NCBI GenBank assembly: GCA_013239625.1
Contig: MU054001.1
Span: forward strand, 2,176,151-2,240,150
Direction of reading: 5' to 3'
DNA from: Lama guanicoe
Lineage: Eukaryota
Length of the DNA: 64,000 nucleotides
Shown here: piece by piece, positions 38,521-51,439 of the stretch
Layout: each line of letters starts with the position of its first letter
How positions within the stretch are numbered: the stretch's first letter is position 1
Program-made: the position numbers and the translations under genes
Notes under the pieces: model-generated
Told to the model about the DNA's origin: nothing
Seen by the model: the letters and a program-made list of their open reading frames with translations, nothing else
Databases searched by the model: none

Positions 38521-39519
38521 ACACGCACCACTTTCTAAATCATTATTTTAAACTCTGCTGCAGTGAATACGCTTATTTATGTATCTCAGCTCACATGGCT
38601 GGATCGTTCTATAGAATGGATCCTTAGAAGCAGACTTGCAGGGTCAAACATGCTTCTGTATTTTAAAGTAAATGCATGAGAGGCCATTTTGGCATTATTA
38701 AAGGGATTCCCATGGAATATCCTAGAGCTTGCTAGGTTTAGCTCTATTTCCTATGCTTAGGAACATTCAGGCACAGGGACATCATGCCTTCTTGGTTGCT
38801 CTGGTTGTCACACTCCCATTGGAGCCTCTTCATCTGAGTCCTGTCTTCCCTTGAGCGGCCCAGGGCTTATGTGTGTTGTGGCAGATTTGGAGCGAGCTTC
38901 CCAAGCTGTGCACATCTCCCCCTCTGAACATGTGCTTCTCACCTGCAGACTCAGCTGGAGCTTGGGAACCAACCAACCGAATAGTGACTGGTGGTAACCT
39001 CAGTGATGCCCATGGCTAAAATCTGAAACATCCTGTAGCCACTGTCTGCTGATTGCAAGGAGGATCCTTAAGAAGCTGCTTAAGACACTGATGCTCAAGG
39101 CTTACAGCCTTTGACAAAACCTCATTAATTGGTTCATTCTTTTAACAAATACTTTTTGAGTATCTACTGTGAACCAAGCACTATGACAGGAATCAGGGAT
39201 ATAACAGATCACCAAAAACATACATGGCCCCTTACTCATGGTGGCTCTAACAACATTACAGAGAGTTAAACCCTCTTCTAGAAATTTTGGACTTCCATAC
39301 TAGACACATCTTGAATGAAAAGTGCATTTGAAAAGGTGTTTTAGAAACCAGAACTAACCAACCCAAGGTGGAGTGAAGACAAACTTTGCTTGAAAAAAGC
39401 AAATCAGATGCCACACCGCGATGGTGAGTCAGCAGGGTATTGGAATAGAGAATTAGTTCCAGGGATGTCTGTCAATTCTCTTGTCTCCGTCTCTCCCTTC
39501 CTCCCTCTCACTGTTTCCT

Positions 39520-39935
39520 CCACTCTTGCTGAGGGGACCACTTGGACCACTTTGCTCCTGGCACAGCTGATTGGACTAGTATTGAACACCTGACTCAATC
39601 TCAGCCAATCAGATTCTCTCCTGGGGAGTTGGAGTTGTAGCATCAGGATTCAGGTCAAACTTAACTGGGAAGAATTTAAAAGGTGGAAACATGCTCTGGC
39701 CCATGTACAAATGGAACAGAGAAGGTGACATTGCAGAGAAAGAGAGAAGGAGACAGGTAGAAGGAAAGAAGCAGAGATGAGAACAGTGATGTTCCAGAAA
39801 GAGACAGAGCGCTGGGGAAGGTAGTTCCCCATGTGTCAGGACTCCCTCCTGAGATCAGGAACACCTCCTGTTCTTAGATTCCCTGAACCTTCTCTGAATC
39901 ATTCTAATAAATCTGTTTTTTCTTGAACTAACCTG
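39520..39935 (+). mobile_element. Old ERVL-class LTR (LTR16-like)
   Basis: cagctgattggac...cacctgactcaatctcagccaatcagattctctcctgggg...ctaataaatctgttttttcttgaa. Confidence 0.5.
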
Positions 39936-42254
39936 ATCCTCTTTCTGATGACCACCACCCCCCTCCCACCTCTGGCTGAGACAATAGTTGCTCCCTCCTT
40001 TGTACTATTGAGAAAAAGGGTCATACAGAATCTTCTTTTCTTTCTGTTCCTAAAGGCTAAACAGATACATTCTTGGGAGATATATTCCGTTTGACTCTAT
40101 TTGCCATTTCTCTGATGGCCTGGTTATTTTGGAAATGTGCCACACTCCATCCTCAGAGACTCCCTAAGGAAGGCTCAGCTTGGAGGATTCCTGAATCTAT
40201 TTGTTCATCAATTAGAGAGCCCTGGAAGCAGACATTCTGTGGGTAGGGTGCTCTGCACTGCTCTCAGCTGCGCGGAGATGGGAGACGTGATACAGCCCTG
40301 GAGAAGCTTCCCCAGATATGTGGCCTCTCCTTGGAGGCCAGTGAAGGCACAACTTGGACATGCCAGTGGAACCAGAATTATAATTTTAATTCAAGCCTAG
40401 AGGCTCAAAATCAGTGAGAAAGGAAGGAAACCCTCAAAGAGTGTCTGATCACTGGTTAGTGGCGAGGAGTGAGGGATAACGGGTCTGTTCAGAAAAACAA
40501 ACAAACAAAAACCCAAAAAACAAAAAATCCTCCTTTCAATGTCTAGGAAGATCCAGAGTGATGAAAGCAAATTGCTATTCTTGCTTCAATTACACACATA
40601 TAAGCACACACAAACACACATCTAAAAATTATTGTTGGATCACTGTGGTATAAAGCACACACAGCATCCATTATGGGAAAACCGGATGAACCCGTGTGAA
40701 GTAGGGTGGCTTTCGTGGCTGGGTGAGTTAACAGTTCTGCTTAGCGTCCCATGAGAATCTCTGCTAAGATGAATCTCTCCTTTTCCCAGAAGCTTTGAAA
40801 GACATGGAACGTAATAATCTTGATAGAGGAATTTGTTGTGAAAGGCACGTTAAAGGACGGTGGGTCATCTTCTGTCTCCCCTACCAGCCCCCGCTGCCTT
40901 GTTCCCGGGACCTGTCTATTGCTATTCATGCCAGTTGACAAAAACCCTCTCCACTCCCCAAGCGGATCCAGCACACACGCCGATGCCCCCTGAGTTCCCA
41001 TCACCTCTAGGTCCCCTTTGTGAGTTTTCTCACTCAAACTGGCATTTTGCATACAGTACTGAGCAGCAGGGAAGGCAGACTGGCATTAGGAGCAAATCTG
41101 GCTTCTTCCTTTGTCTCCCTCCCCCACCCCCACCCCCTTCCTTTAGATAGCCGCCTTCAGCTGTGTATAAATTAAGCACATTCTTGTGCTTTTGCAGGTC
41201 ACATCTGGGATATTCTGGACATCTCTGGTATAAACTCTGAATTTATGAAACCAGTAATTTGCTGCTCCCAGCTTATAATGCCTGACATTGTCACTGTTTG
41301 CTTAGAGTTTTGGTATCTGATGTTCTTAATGTTAAGGTCAGTTCTATTGATACTGGACTCTGTGCCCTCATTTCTTTCCCCATTGCATTTTTTTCCAAGG
41401 CGCACACAGAGAGGGTAACTAATCTTAATATCTTGTGTTCACAATTCTATTTAGCATGAAATCAGTAACTGACATATTAATTATAATAATCTGTTAAATA
41501 TACTTTACCTACATGTTAATTATGGGAGACCATTCTCATTTATTTCTCTGGGTAGCCTATTAATTCAACCCAGATGGTACAGCTTTGTGAGACGGTAACA
41601 CTGAGCATTTGCAGAATAAATCATGTTGCCAAGATACAGCAGCAAAAACGTTATCACATCTGAATAAGCTTTAGTATGATATAACCAGGAAAGAAAACTT
41701 ACCTATTACTCACAGACCAGAATATTTCTTCAAAACAGAAATAGTATACCAAATTTTTTTTAAAAATTGGGGAGAACATATAATGTTTTTCTCCAAAAGG
41801 GTCGAATCTTTATTTAAGCCCAATGCCCCATAAATAATTCCAAAAGGGGGAAATGGAATCCTGATGCAGGGGGTTCATCGTAACTTGGGGGGAGGGGAGG
41901 AAGGCAGCTGTGCTTTTATTGGGCATTCTGATGTCAAAGCTGGCTTCATGTGGGGAAGTGCTGAAACCCTTCTTCCCCTCCCCCCATTTCCTTGGCCTCC
42001 CTTTAATTTCTTCCTGGATACGAATAGGCAGAACTCTGGTCTCTGTCTCACTGGGGGCTCTCTAGTTTGCACTAGATTTCTATTTGTGATTATATTTTTT
42101 GATTCATCTCTGATTGGGGACAACTTCAATGAGGAAGCTTGGAATCAGTCAATGCGATGCCAGTATCATCTTCTTTCTGGGGAGGATCTAGCTCATTGGC
42201 CAGAGACTCTTGCAGTGCAGCAACGTGGTTCAATGATTTAGCTGGCCCTCATGT

Positions 42255-42880
42255 ACTATTTTATTTCCAAGAAGAACTGTGCTAGCTCTTGGGAGCCAGT
42301 GGAGAACAAGACTCACATGGGCTCTTCCTTCACAGAACTTAAAATATTGGAGGCGGGGAGGAGTTAAACAGACACAATGCGGTGTGATTAGGGTCATGCT
42401 AAGGAGACTGTGGCTATCAGGGCGCAGAGCAAAACCCCTAACTCAGACATGCGGGCGACCAGGAGAAGGCTTCCCGGAGTAGTGATTTCATCACTTGGCT
42501 CTGATCGGCGAGCAGGAGGCTATCAGAGGACTCAAGAGTGATCCAGGTGGAAAGGAATAGCATTTATGGATAATTATGGATAATGCATCATGTGACTCAT
42601 GGGGCTGAAGGAAGTTGGTGCAAGTGGAACATAAATTTAGGGGATAAAGAGGGCTTGTGGAGACTTTCAAGAAATGTGCCTGGATAGGTGTGCAGGGAGC
42701 CTCATCACTGGTGAAAAAGTTCAGCCTTCACTTTGAGGACAGCGAGAACCATCAAAGGGTGTGCACATAAGGTGACAGGGACAGGTTTACATTTTAGGAA
42801 TTTCATTTTGGCTTCACCAAGAAGAGCAGTTAGCAGGCTGGAGCTGTTGTTAAAGAAAGAGATAGTGATATCTTGGGCCA
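42255..42880 (-). mobile_element. L2 fragment
   Basis: tgtgctagctcttgggag...aggagaaggcttcccggag...tttacattttaggaatttcattttggct. Confidence 0.6.
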
Positions 42881-43299
42881 GAAGAAAGACAGGGCTTTTT
42901 TGTTTGTTTGTTTTTACCTTCTTACCCTTTCAGCCCTGCGTAAGTCCCTTCTCTTTCTCAAAGCCTTTCCTGACATCTCCAGCTTTCATCAACCTCTCCT
43001 TTCTTTCAGCTTTAATGACAATGTTTTGCCGACTGTTTCATATTTGAAAACAAGCAAAGACTTGGTTTCTCCACTCCCATTATCACAGGTAGAGCTGGAT
43101 CCATCTCTGCCGCCATGATAGAGGATGCCTTTTGACATCTCTTTGCCCTGTCTCTCCTGCACCAACATGTGGCTCATAGTAACTTCTACATTTGACCAGC
43201 CCACAGGCCACGATGCCCTTGGCTACTTTTGCTCCATATTTATTGGAATAGATATATTTTGCGATTGCTTCTTGATCACTCAGCCTAAAAACAGCTGTT

Positions 43300-43535
43300 C
43301 CCTCATTCCCTCTCGCAGTCCCTGCTCCTCTCCTTCATAACATTGGTCACAACGTGCAGTTGGAGGTTAATTTGATTTGCTTGCTGAATTGTGCTTTTTT
43401 TTCTGCCTGCCCCACTAGACCTTAAGTCCCATCAGGATGGAGACTATGCCTGTTCTTTCTCATTGTATTCTGAGCGTGTAGCGCCATGCCTGTTATGTAG
43501 TAATTGTGCAACAGATGAACATTTCTTGAGTGACT
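43300..43535 (+). mobile_element. L2 3' end
   Basis: cccactagaccttaagtcccatcagg...gtagcgccatgcctgttatgtagtaa. Confidence 0.65.
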
Positions 43536-44314
43536 GTGTTATTTTTCTAAAATGAAAGGCCCTTTTACTCTTGGTGGGGTGCCCTTGGATCTCAGAACGT
43601 GTTTCGGATGCATGCTTTTAAGCTTAGAGGCAGAGATGAAAGGGAGGATACAGATGTGGGGACCATGAACAAATAACATGGTGGTGTCTAGAAAACAGCC
43701 TTCTCTAGCAAGGATGAGAATTTATGTAAATAACCTGGGTATCGAATGAGCTTGTCAAGCCCATTGGAGAGAATTTACCTGGAGAGTAGGGGCTGTAGGC
43801 TAGGGGAGAAATTTTGAGCATCCAAATAACAGCTCCAACAAGCAGATACAGTTCAGAAGGACATAATTGATTTAGAACTGACGGAGTTTTTGATCTTGCT
43901 GTCTTTGGTTTTCTAAGGAACAACCAACCTTCCTTTCATTCTTCCTTCCCACCGCCCTACATTCTTTGACTCATGCATTCATCCAACAAACGTTTCCTGA
44001 GTGCATGAAACATCTTAGGCTCTGGATTGCATTAGAAAGTGAATATCAGAAAGGTGGGCGGGTAAGCCTTAGCATACTAAGAGTAAAGTTCACCTCTGCC
44101 TGGAGGGCCGGGGGAAGGCCTCAGCGGAAAGGTTTCCAACTGAAAGACTGTGTTTATCCAGACTTGACACTGCCCCCCCCCCACCGCCACCCTGTTTCTC
44201 TTTCAAAAAAGATATTGAGAAAGGATTGGGGGCTGACACATCTGCTGAACTCTCTGAAATCACAGCTGAGCCCCACTCGCTGGATTGAACATCAACCAGA
44301 ATTCCACATCCACG

Positions 44315-44590
44315 ACATGGTTAAGAGGAACTTCTAGCTGGGGAATATAAAATTGTAAATGGCACAGATAACGTCAGTCTGAGTTACTGTTTTCAGAATG
44401 ACACAGATGTTAGGATAAGGGAGCATAAATGGAAATTAAAGAGAAACAAATTCAGAACAGATGTCAGGAAGCATTTTTTTTCATGCGGAGAATCACAAAT
44501 GTGTGGAATGGCCTACCAGGCTCGATTGTTAAGGCAAAGACCCAGGGGACATTCGGGAACTGATCAGATGGCATCACGGGGGAATTAAGC
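44315..44590 (+). mobile_element. Ancient CR1/L3-clade LINE, ORF2 C-terminal fragment
   Basis: Translates as EYKIVNGTDNVSLSYCFQNDTDVRIREHKWKLKRNKFRTDVRKHFF / MRRITNVWNGLPGSIVKAKTQGTF, with one frameshift in a T run. This matches the CR1 C-terminal pattern YKI..G......TRGH..KL......D.RK.FF..R..N.WN.LP. Confidence 0.8.
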
Positions 44591-44899
44591 AGTAAAAGAG
44601 GAAATGAGCGTGCATACGGCCACTGGCTTTCAGCTAATCCCCAACAATGTCCGCTCTCTTCTGTTGCCGGTGCGTCCATACGTACCTTGGATAAACACGC
44701 ATAATTTCTCTGCTTTTAGTTTTCACAGATTGCACCAATCTCAAAATAGTTATTTTCACATCATAAAGATGACATTGGTAGAGTGTGGGGAAGAGAGAGA
44801 GAGAGACAGAAAGAGAGACCTCCTTTCCTGCAGTTCTGTTTGGAGGGACAGTGTTGTTTTTCATGAATTGTGCACAAAAATGAATGTTTGAAATGAATA

Positions 44900-45272
44900 T
44901 ATCGATATCACTTACATGTGGAATCTAAAAAAATAATACAAATTTTATTTACAAACCAAAAATAGACTCATGGACATAGAAAACAAACTATGGTTACCAA
45001 AGGGGAAAGGTCAGGGGAGGGATAAATTAGGATTTGGGGATTAACAGATACACATGACTATGTATAAAGTAGATAAACAACAAGGACCTACTGTTTAGCA
45101 CAGGGAACTATATTCAATTCCTTGTAATGACATATAATGCAAAAGAATCCGAAATGAAAAAATATATATGTATGTATATGTACAACTGAATCACTTTGCT
45201 GCACACCTGAAACTAACACTGTAAATCAACTACACTTCAATAAAAAATAAAATGCAAAAAATAAATAATAAA
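44900..45272 (+). mobile_element. 5'-truncated L1 3'UTR
   Basis: gatatcacttacatgtggaatctaaaaa...acaaggacctactgtttagcacagggaac...cttcaataaaaaataaaa. Confidence 0.9.
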
Positions 45273-46314
45273 ATATCTAACACCAAAGAGTTGGTTTGTG
45301 TGATCACACACCGACCAGCCCTCTGTACTGCCTCGCAGGACTGGTGCCCTAATTCTCCCTAAGTAAGTACATGACCGCCAGCGGGTCCATCAGAGAAGCC
45401 CTCCACGGCTTTCTCTGCTTCTATTCCCCCAGCTAATGGCGTCATGGTGCCCAAGTCCTTTTAAAAATACTATATGTGGAAGAAGAGGGAGTTAAGCTTT
45501 TGACAGCTCCTTACTGCAAAGAATCTGAACCAAGGATGAAGCGATGGGAAATCTGCAGCTCTGTGCCCACTTGTCTTTCTCTCATTGTGCCTTCAGAGCA
45601 GCCCTAGAGAGAGTGTAACCACGTGCCCCTTTAAAGGGGTCTCACTTGGGGGATATAGCTTATGATAATAGGGAAGGAGAAAGAGGATAGCAATGATTCT
45701 ATGCCCCAAGGGAAGGTAGTTGAGGATAAAAAGTAGAGTAAAACCTCATTAATCTGGACCCCGCTAATTTAGAATGTATGAATAATTCAGACCCTCTGGC
45801 TGGGCTGAAGTTTACCTTTGTACTAGATATGGAAAAAGGGGTTTGCTAAGCAAATTAATAGTGTAAACAAAATTGAGGGTAGGGAATAGATCACCTATTT
45901 AAGAGAGCAAATTGTTTTCACATACTTAGTAGAACCATCTGCATAGGAACAATGAATAGGTCAATTATAAGTAATCCTGGTCTAGTCATTAATCTTGGTC
46001 TGTTGGGTACCCATACGTAGCAAAATTTTGTCAGCATTAGAGGGATAAAATTGAACAAACAGGGAATCCTTAAAAGTTCTTATTTATGGCATTTGATTGA
46101 TTTACGTTGCCTTTCCTTTCATAACTTATTTCATTTTGTAAGACTTTAAAGACCTCTTGACAAACCTTTCTTGAATCCTGTCTGTACCTTTTATCATTAA
46201 GCCTTTAGATTTGGGACGATAGAAGGACTAATTTGTAGAACACAGTCCTGAGTAGTGCCAGCACCAGGGCGAGTAAGGGAAGCTTGTTTTGGCAGCTTAG
46301 CAAGAATGGGGGTC

Positions 46315-46470
46315 CTGCAGATCTGAAAGTCTGAGTTCTAGTCTGGTCTCTCCTAATAAGTACCTACTGGACTTGGGCAAATCATTCTTTTCTCTTTGGA
46401 CTTCAGTTTCCACATATATAAAATGGGATAGGATTAAGGATATCAAAAGACTCTTCAAATCAGCAATTCC
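46315..46470 (+). mobile_element. MIR fragment
   Basis: ctgagttctagtctgg...acttgggcaaatcattc...cttcagtttccacatatataaaatggg. Confidence 0.7.
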
Positions 46471-47389
46471 ATCATCATCATTTATCTTCTCTAAGACAAC
46501 TGCTCATCAGTTTAAAAAAAAAAGTCATTCTCATGTTGTTTTGATGATCAAATGTTATAGCAAATGAAATGCAGAGTATAATGTAAGCAATGAATAAGAA
46601 AAGAGGAAGTCCGTCAGGAGAAATTATCATGTGTGTGCTGCTGTCACAGCCTAAGAAGGAAATCCTTCACCTCTTTCCTTGGGACTTTCTTTTCTCCTTC
46701 CTTATCCATGGATTTCTTACTATATTTTTAAGCTTTTTTGAGGGGTGGGGGAAGGTAATTAGATTGATTGATTTATAAAATAGAGGTATGGAGGAGTGAA
46801 CCCTCCCCCTGGATTTCTTAATAACACTTTCCCACCAGGTAATATTAGAGCTTTCATCAGCCTTGCCAACCCCTCCACCCCCCCAGCCTGTTTAGCCTGC
46901 AGGGCTCTATGTCAAATTCAAGACACAGAACCAGAAGTATCCCCTTGTTCAGCAGGCCAATGAGCAGGGAAATGGAACAGTGGAGGAAGGAATAAGATGG
47001 CTTTTCCTCAACCAAAGATCTTGTTGCCACTCCTCCCACAGCCGCCCTCAAACACTCTCATGAGATGTGCCGATTTTAAACCTAAAGCTGGAGATGGATG
47101 TGCAGCAGGCAACTGGCATCAGTTTGACTTTAGACTTCAGTTCACATCACTCTCTGGTCCTACCAGTCACTAGCTCATAAAGGAAATTAATCAATTAAAT
47201 GTTGGTTTTATGTACCATTTCCATTTAAGTGACTCTCAAATAATGCCTGATCAATGCACACTGAGAGCCTTTGCTGCCTGAACAAATCATCACCTTGCCT
47301 TTTCCGATGTAGACTCAGAGACCAAAGCTGCATTGGGCTTCTTTCTCTGTGGCTGGCTGAAGCCACTCATCTCCTTAAATATGCCTTTG

Positions 47390-47727
47390 GGAAAAAAAAA
47401 AAAAAAGAAGACAAATGAACTTAAATACAAAACAGAAACAGACTCACAGACATAGAATACAAACTTGTGGTTGCCAGAGGGGAGAGGGGTGGGAAGGGAC
47501 AGACTGGGAGTTCGAGATTGGTAGATACTGACAGGTATCTATGGAATAGATAAAGAAGTTCATACTGTGTAGTACAGGGAAATATATTCAATATCTTGTA
47601 GTAGCTCATGGTGAAAAAGAATATGAAAGTGGGTATCTATATATTCATATATGACTGAAAAATTGTGCTGTACACCAGAAATTGACACAACATTGTAAAA
47701 TGAATATAACTCAATAAAAAAAGAAAG
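47390..47727 (+). mobile_element. Short camelid-type L1 3'UTR insertion
   Basis: L1 3'UTR with AATAAA and a 12-bp TSD aatatgcctttg (47378-47389 / 47728-47739). Confidence 0.9.
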
Positions 47728-48294
47728 AATATGCCTTTGACACATAAAACTCAGTAGCAGAATAGCTTCAGAGATTTGCTAAAATCATACGGAAATCTCA
47801 CTGATATGTGCTGTGTACAGATTAGGGGCTCTCTATGGAAAATGAGAAAAGGCTGGGAGAAATATATGGTGGGTGCCGTGAGTAGCTATTGCGGGGTAAG
47901 GGGCTTTAATCTGAGCCTACATAGTCCTCCTCGTACATCTTCTGGACAGCAGGACCCTGCATTGCAGAGATTTGGTGTGACTTACTTTAACTTATCAGGT
48001 TTGGAAAGGCAGCTTCTAGGGAGTCACCATGTTTGGTCAAGAGGAAGTTTTGGTGAGGTCCTTTGACATCCTTGAAAACAAATCCAAGTGGGTACAATGC
48101 CCTGTGCAATTGCTGTTGTCGCTGTTGTGTTTCTAACATTTCTCAGCAAGCCTTATTTTGTCTTTTTTGTTTTAAATTGACTGCTTTCCATGAGCTCCAT
48201 TCTGTGACAAGTGCTGTAAGCTTTGTAGAAAACTACTTGGTCCCTCTCTCTTCCCAGGAGTGTACACTCTTGGTGAGGGGTAAGGCACAGAGAC

Positions 48295-48510
48295 CTAAGG
48301 TTGCAAAATGGTAGATGTGGCCTGCAGATGTAATTTGTTTGACTTAGAGTGTCTTAGCATAAATAAGTATATCTATAAAATAGAAACTAAAATTTGATTT
48401 TGTTGCCAACATTTAGAAATTGGGATGTTTCACTTGAAAATTGAGAGTTCAGGCTTCTCTTGGAAAACATCAAAGGACTTGGAAACACAGATCCCACATT
48501 CCCAGCACCT
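48295..48510. mobile_element. MER102/Charlie-like hAT fragment
   Basis: tgccaacatttagaaattgggatgtttcac...ggcttctcttggaaaacatcaaaggacttggaaacac. Confidence 0.55.
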
Positions 48511-50973
48511 CATCTCTCAGTTGATTGGCCTATCATGCAGCAAGCAGTGTGAACTTGGACTAGGTACCACCTATAATAATGTTGCTCTGTGTGGCTTGCA
48601 TTCCTGTATACTTTTGTAAGAGATGAGGAGTGGTATTACAGCTATGGCTAATTCAGTCACATGCCCCTAGGAACTTGTCACCACATAAGTAACTTCCATC
48701 ATGCAACATTAGAAGGAGAGGTTGAGGCCTTTGGCTTAATAAATATCTTTGTGGACTCCAAGACTGACCCAGGTATAGCCACTGGGCAGACACCTACATT
48801 ATTTTCTAATGGTTGGTATGATCCCAAGATCAAGCTGTGAGCAAGAAGTATAAGATGGCCAACAGGGTGACATATGACCAGAAGGACATGTCAGAGGAAG
48901 CCTGAGAAAAAACTGTTACATTGGGCAGCTCAGATGACCATCAAGATAAATATCTACAAAGACTGCCCATCCCGAAGAACTCATAGTGGGGATGGAGGCA
49001 GGTGTTTGGCACAGAGGCTTTCAAGCTTCCTGGGAGAGACTCATATTCTCAGAACCTCACAGGTGCAACTCCCTTTAAGATGCAATGTCACTGGAATCTG
49101 CTCAGGACAACCCATCATGAGGTCCATAAGCCAGCACAGGCTCACCATGAGGCAAGATCACCTGTGGTCTTGGGGTTTTGCTCACATATATATTCTGTGC
49201 AATCTGGCTGCAAGTAGGTATGTGATTGTGCAGGACTGGTATTCAAGAGTGACACACTCTCCATGTGACAAGGGGATTGATGACAGCTCTGGGAGACTTA
49301 ACTGACTCTCCAGCACTTCCGAATAAGCCTCTGGCTTTCATGCAGGACAAATAGAAGCCTTTAGAGGAAGATACTGGACTGCCTACTAATATAGGCAGAT
49401 GACAGATTAAGCAATTATTGTCCAAGGAAAGAGATGATTGTTACTGTATTTGAGTCCCAGACAGATAAAAAGATTATTGAACATGAAGACCTTTTTTAAG
49501 ATCACTTACCTACATACTCCCCCTCACCCCCGCCCTGCGACCCAAGTTTTCCCTACTCTTGAATGGAAATCTGGGGAAAATTTTACTTGGCCAGTATAGG
49601 GAACACTTGCATATAGCTAGAGACATATGGCAAGCTTTCTTTGCCCTTAAATGAATCTGACTGCGTTTCAGAGTGGTGTTCTCCCTCGTAGTTTGTGATC
49701 CTTGAAAATTTTATATCATTAGGCTGCATGTATCTCTCTATAGTCTATGCTTCTGTGTCCTGTATAGAAGCATAAAATGGTGGATGGAAAAGGTGTCTTA
49801 GAGACATGGGTTCCACAGCTTCAATGAGTGTTCCGCCTCCCTTTATAAATCTCCTTAACCAAATGAAAAGAACTTTCTAGTCTGACTTTTTCCCATTTCC
49901 CCTTGTAATGAAATATGGTCACGTGATTCTGAATTCATTAATGGACCATATGATGGTAAGAGGATGCTTAAGTAGAAACACACAGGAAAAAATATTAATT
50001 CATATTTATTTGTTGAAAAACTCAAAGATTATTATTTATAATAATTTTTAAAAATTGTAATTTTCCCTTTGATTTAGAGGAAATAATTAGAAGAAACGCT
50101 ATAGTTAAATTTAACAAATTTCCTTTTTTCCTTTGGGTGTCTGTCATTTCAACATTCTCCTTTATTTCTATTAAAGTTTTTAAAAGCGTTCCTTAATTGC
50201 CTTTGTCAGTAGTTATTATATTCAAGATTTCTATTAGTTTTTAAATGTCCCATTTTATTTCCTTCATTTTTCTCATTAAAGAGACTGGCTCAGAAAAATG
50301 AATTCAATTCAATAGCCAACAATTGCCCATCCATTGTAGATTCTACTAATAAATTGTATGTTAGTTTTTTAGCACTCTTGAGACTCCAGTGAGGATCTTG
50401 AAAAACCAAGATTGATTGAAAAAAAAATTATCTTCTATTGTGGTTTCTTGGAGAAGATTGAAGACCTTAAAGAACACTTCTAAAAACACAGAGTAGTGAT
50501 ACAATTAATACAGTAACCTTAGATTTATTTGTTTATATATTTAGGCCCTGTCTTGGTTGACAAACATTGGAAACAACTTAAAAGAATATAAGAAATAAAA
50601 CAAAATAGAAAAGAAATCAGGGCCTTGCAATATAGATAGACTAGGAGATAAGAACTGAAGGAAAATTAAAATGAATAAACCATTTTAACATAACACAGTT
50701 ATCAAAAGTAGGCTGGATCAAGGAACTATTTTTCTCATCCATCTGTTTTCCTCCAAAGGACTTTTGATGAGCACTGGCACAGCAAGAGAACCTGGGGACT
50801 GGGCTGGGAAGGGAAAGTGAAATCAGCCACACTCTCACAGTGCCTGGAACTAAAAATACTAGTAAAGGAAGGGGCCAACAATGACCACACAAAACAGTTT
50901 CCTACCCTCAGGACAACTCAGATCAGAGGGAGACTAAAACTGACTAAGTTACAACCCAGCCACCACTCATCTT

Positions 50974-51330
50974 TGTTGTTGTTGTTGTTTGAATATATGT
51001 TTCCTTTTATTTTTGTTTTTCCACTTTATTTTTTTAACATTTTTTATTGAATTATAGTCATTTTACAATGTTGTGTCAAATTCCAGTGTAGAGCACAATT
51101 TTTCAGTTATACATGAACATACATATATTCATTGTCACTTTTTTTTTTTGCTGTGAGCCACCGCAAAGATCTTGTATATATTTCCCTGTGCTATACAGTA
51201 TAATCTTGTTTATCTATTCTACATTTTAAAATCCCAGTCTGTCCCTTCCCACACCCCGCCCCCCTGGCAACCACAAGTTTGTATTCTATGTCTATGAGTC
51301 TGTTTCTATTTTGTACTTACTTTTTTTTTT
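50974..51330 (-). mobile_element. Short camelid-type L1 3'UTR insertion with extended tail
   Basis: Perfect 19-bp TSD cccagccaccactcatctt (50955-50973 / 51331-51349). Confidence 0.92.
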
Positions 51331-51439
51331 CCCAGCCACCACTCATCTTAATTCTTGACTGAGCCAAGGTGATTAGCCTCTCAAGCAATTTCTCTGACAA
51401 CGGCAAGTTAATACCAACTTTCACTCTCTAATTTCTTTT

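Noticed and set aside
45735..46200. Possible old Tigger-like element (gagtaaaacctcattaat start)
   Set aside because: No matching second TIR found, so it cannot be supported.
49746..49774. Short hairpin tatgcttctgtg-tcctg-tatagaagcata
   Set aside because: A single ~12-bp stem is too short for a pre-miRNA and has no supporting context.
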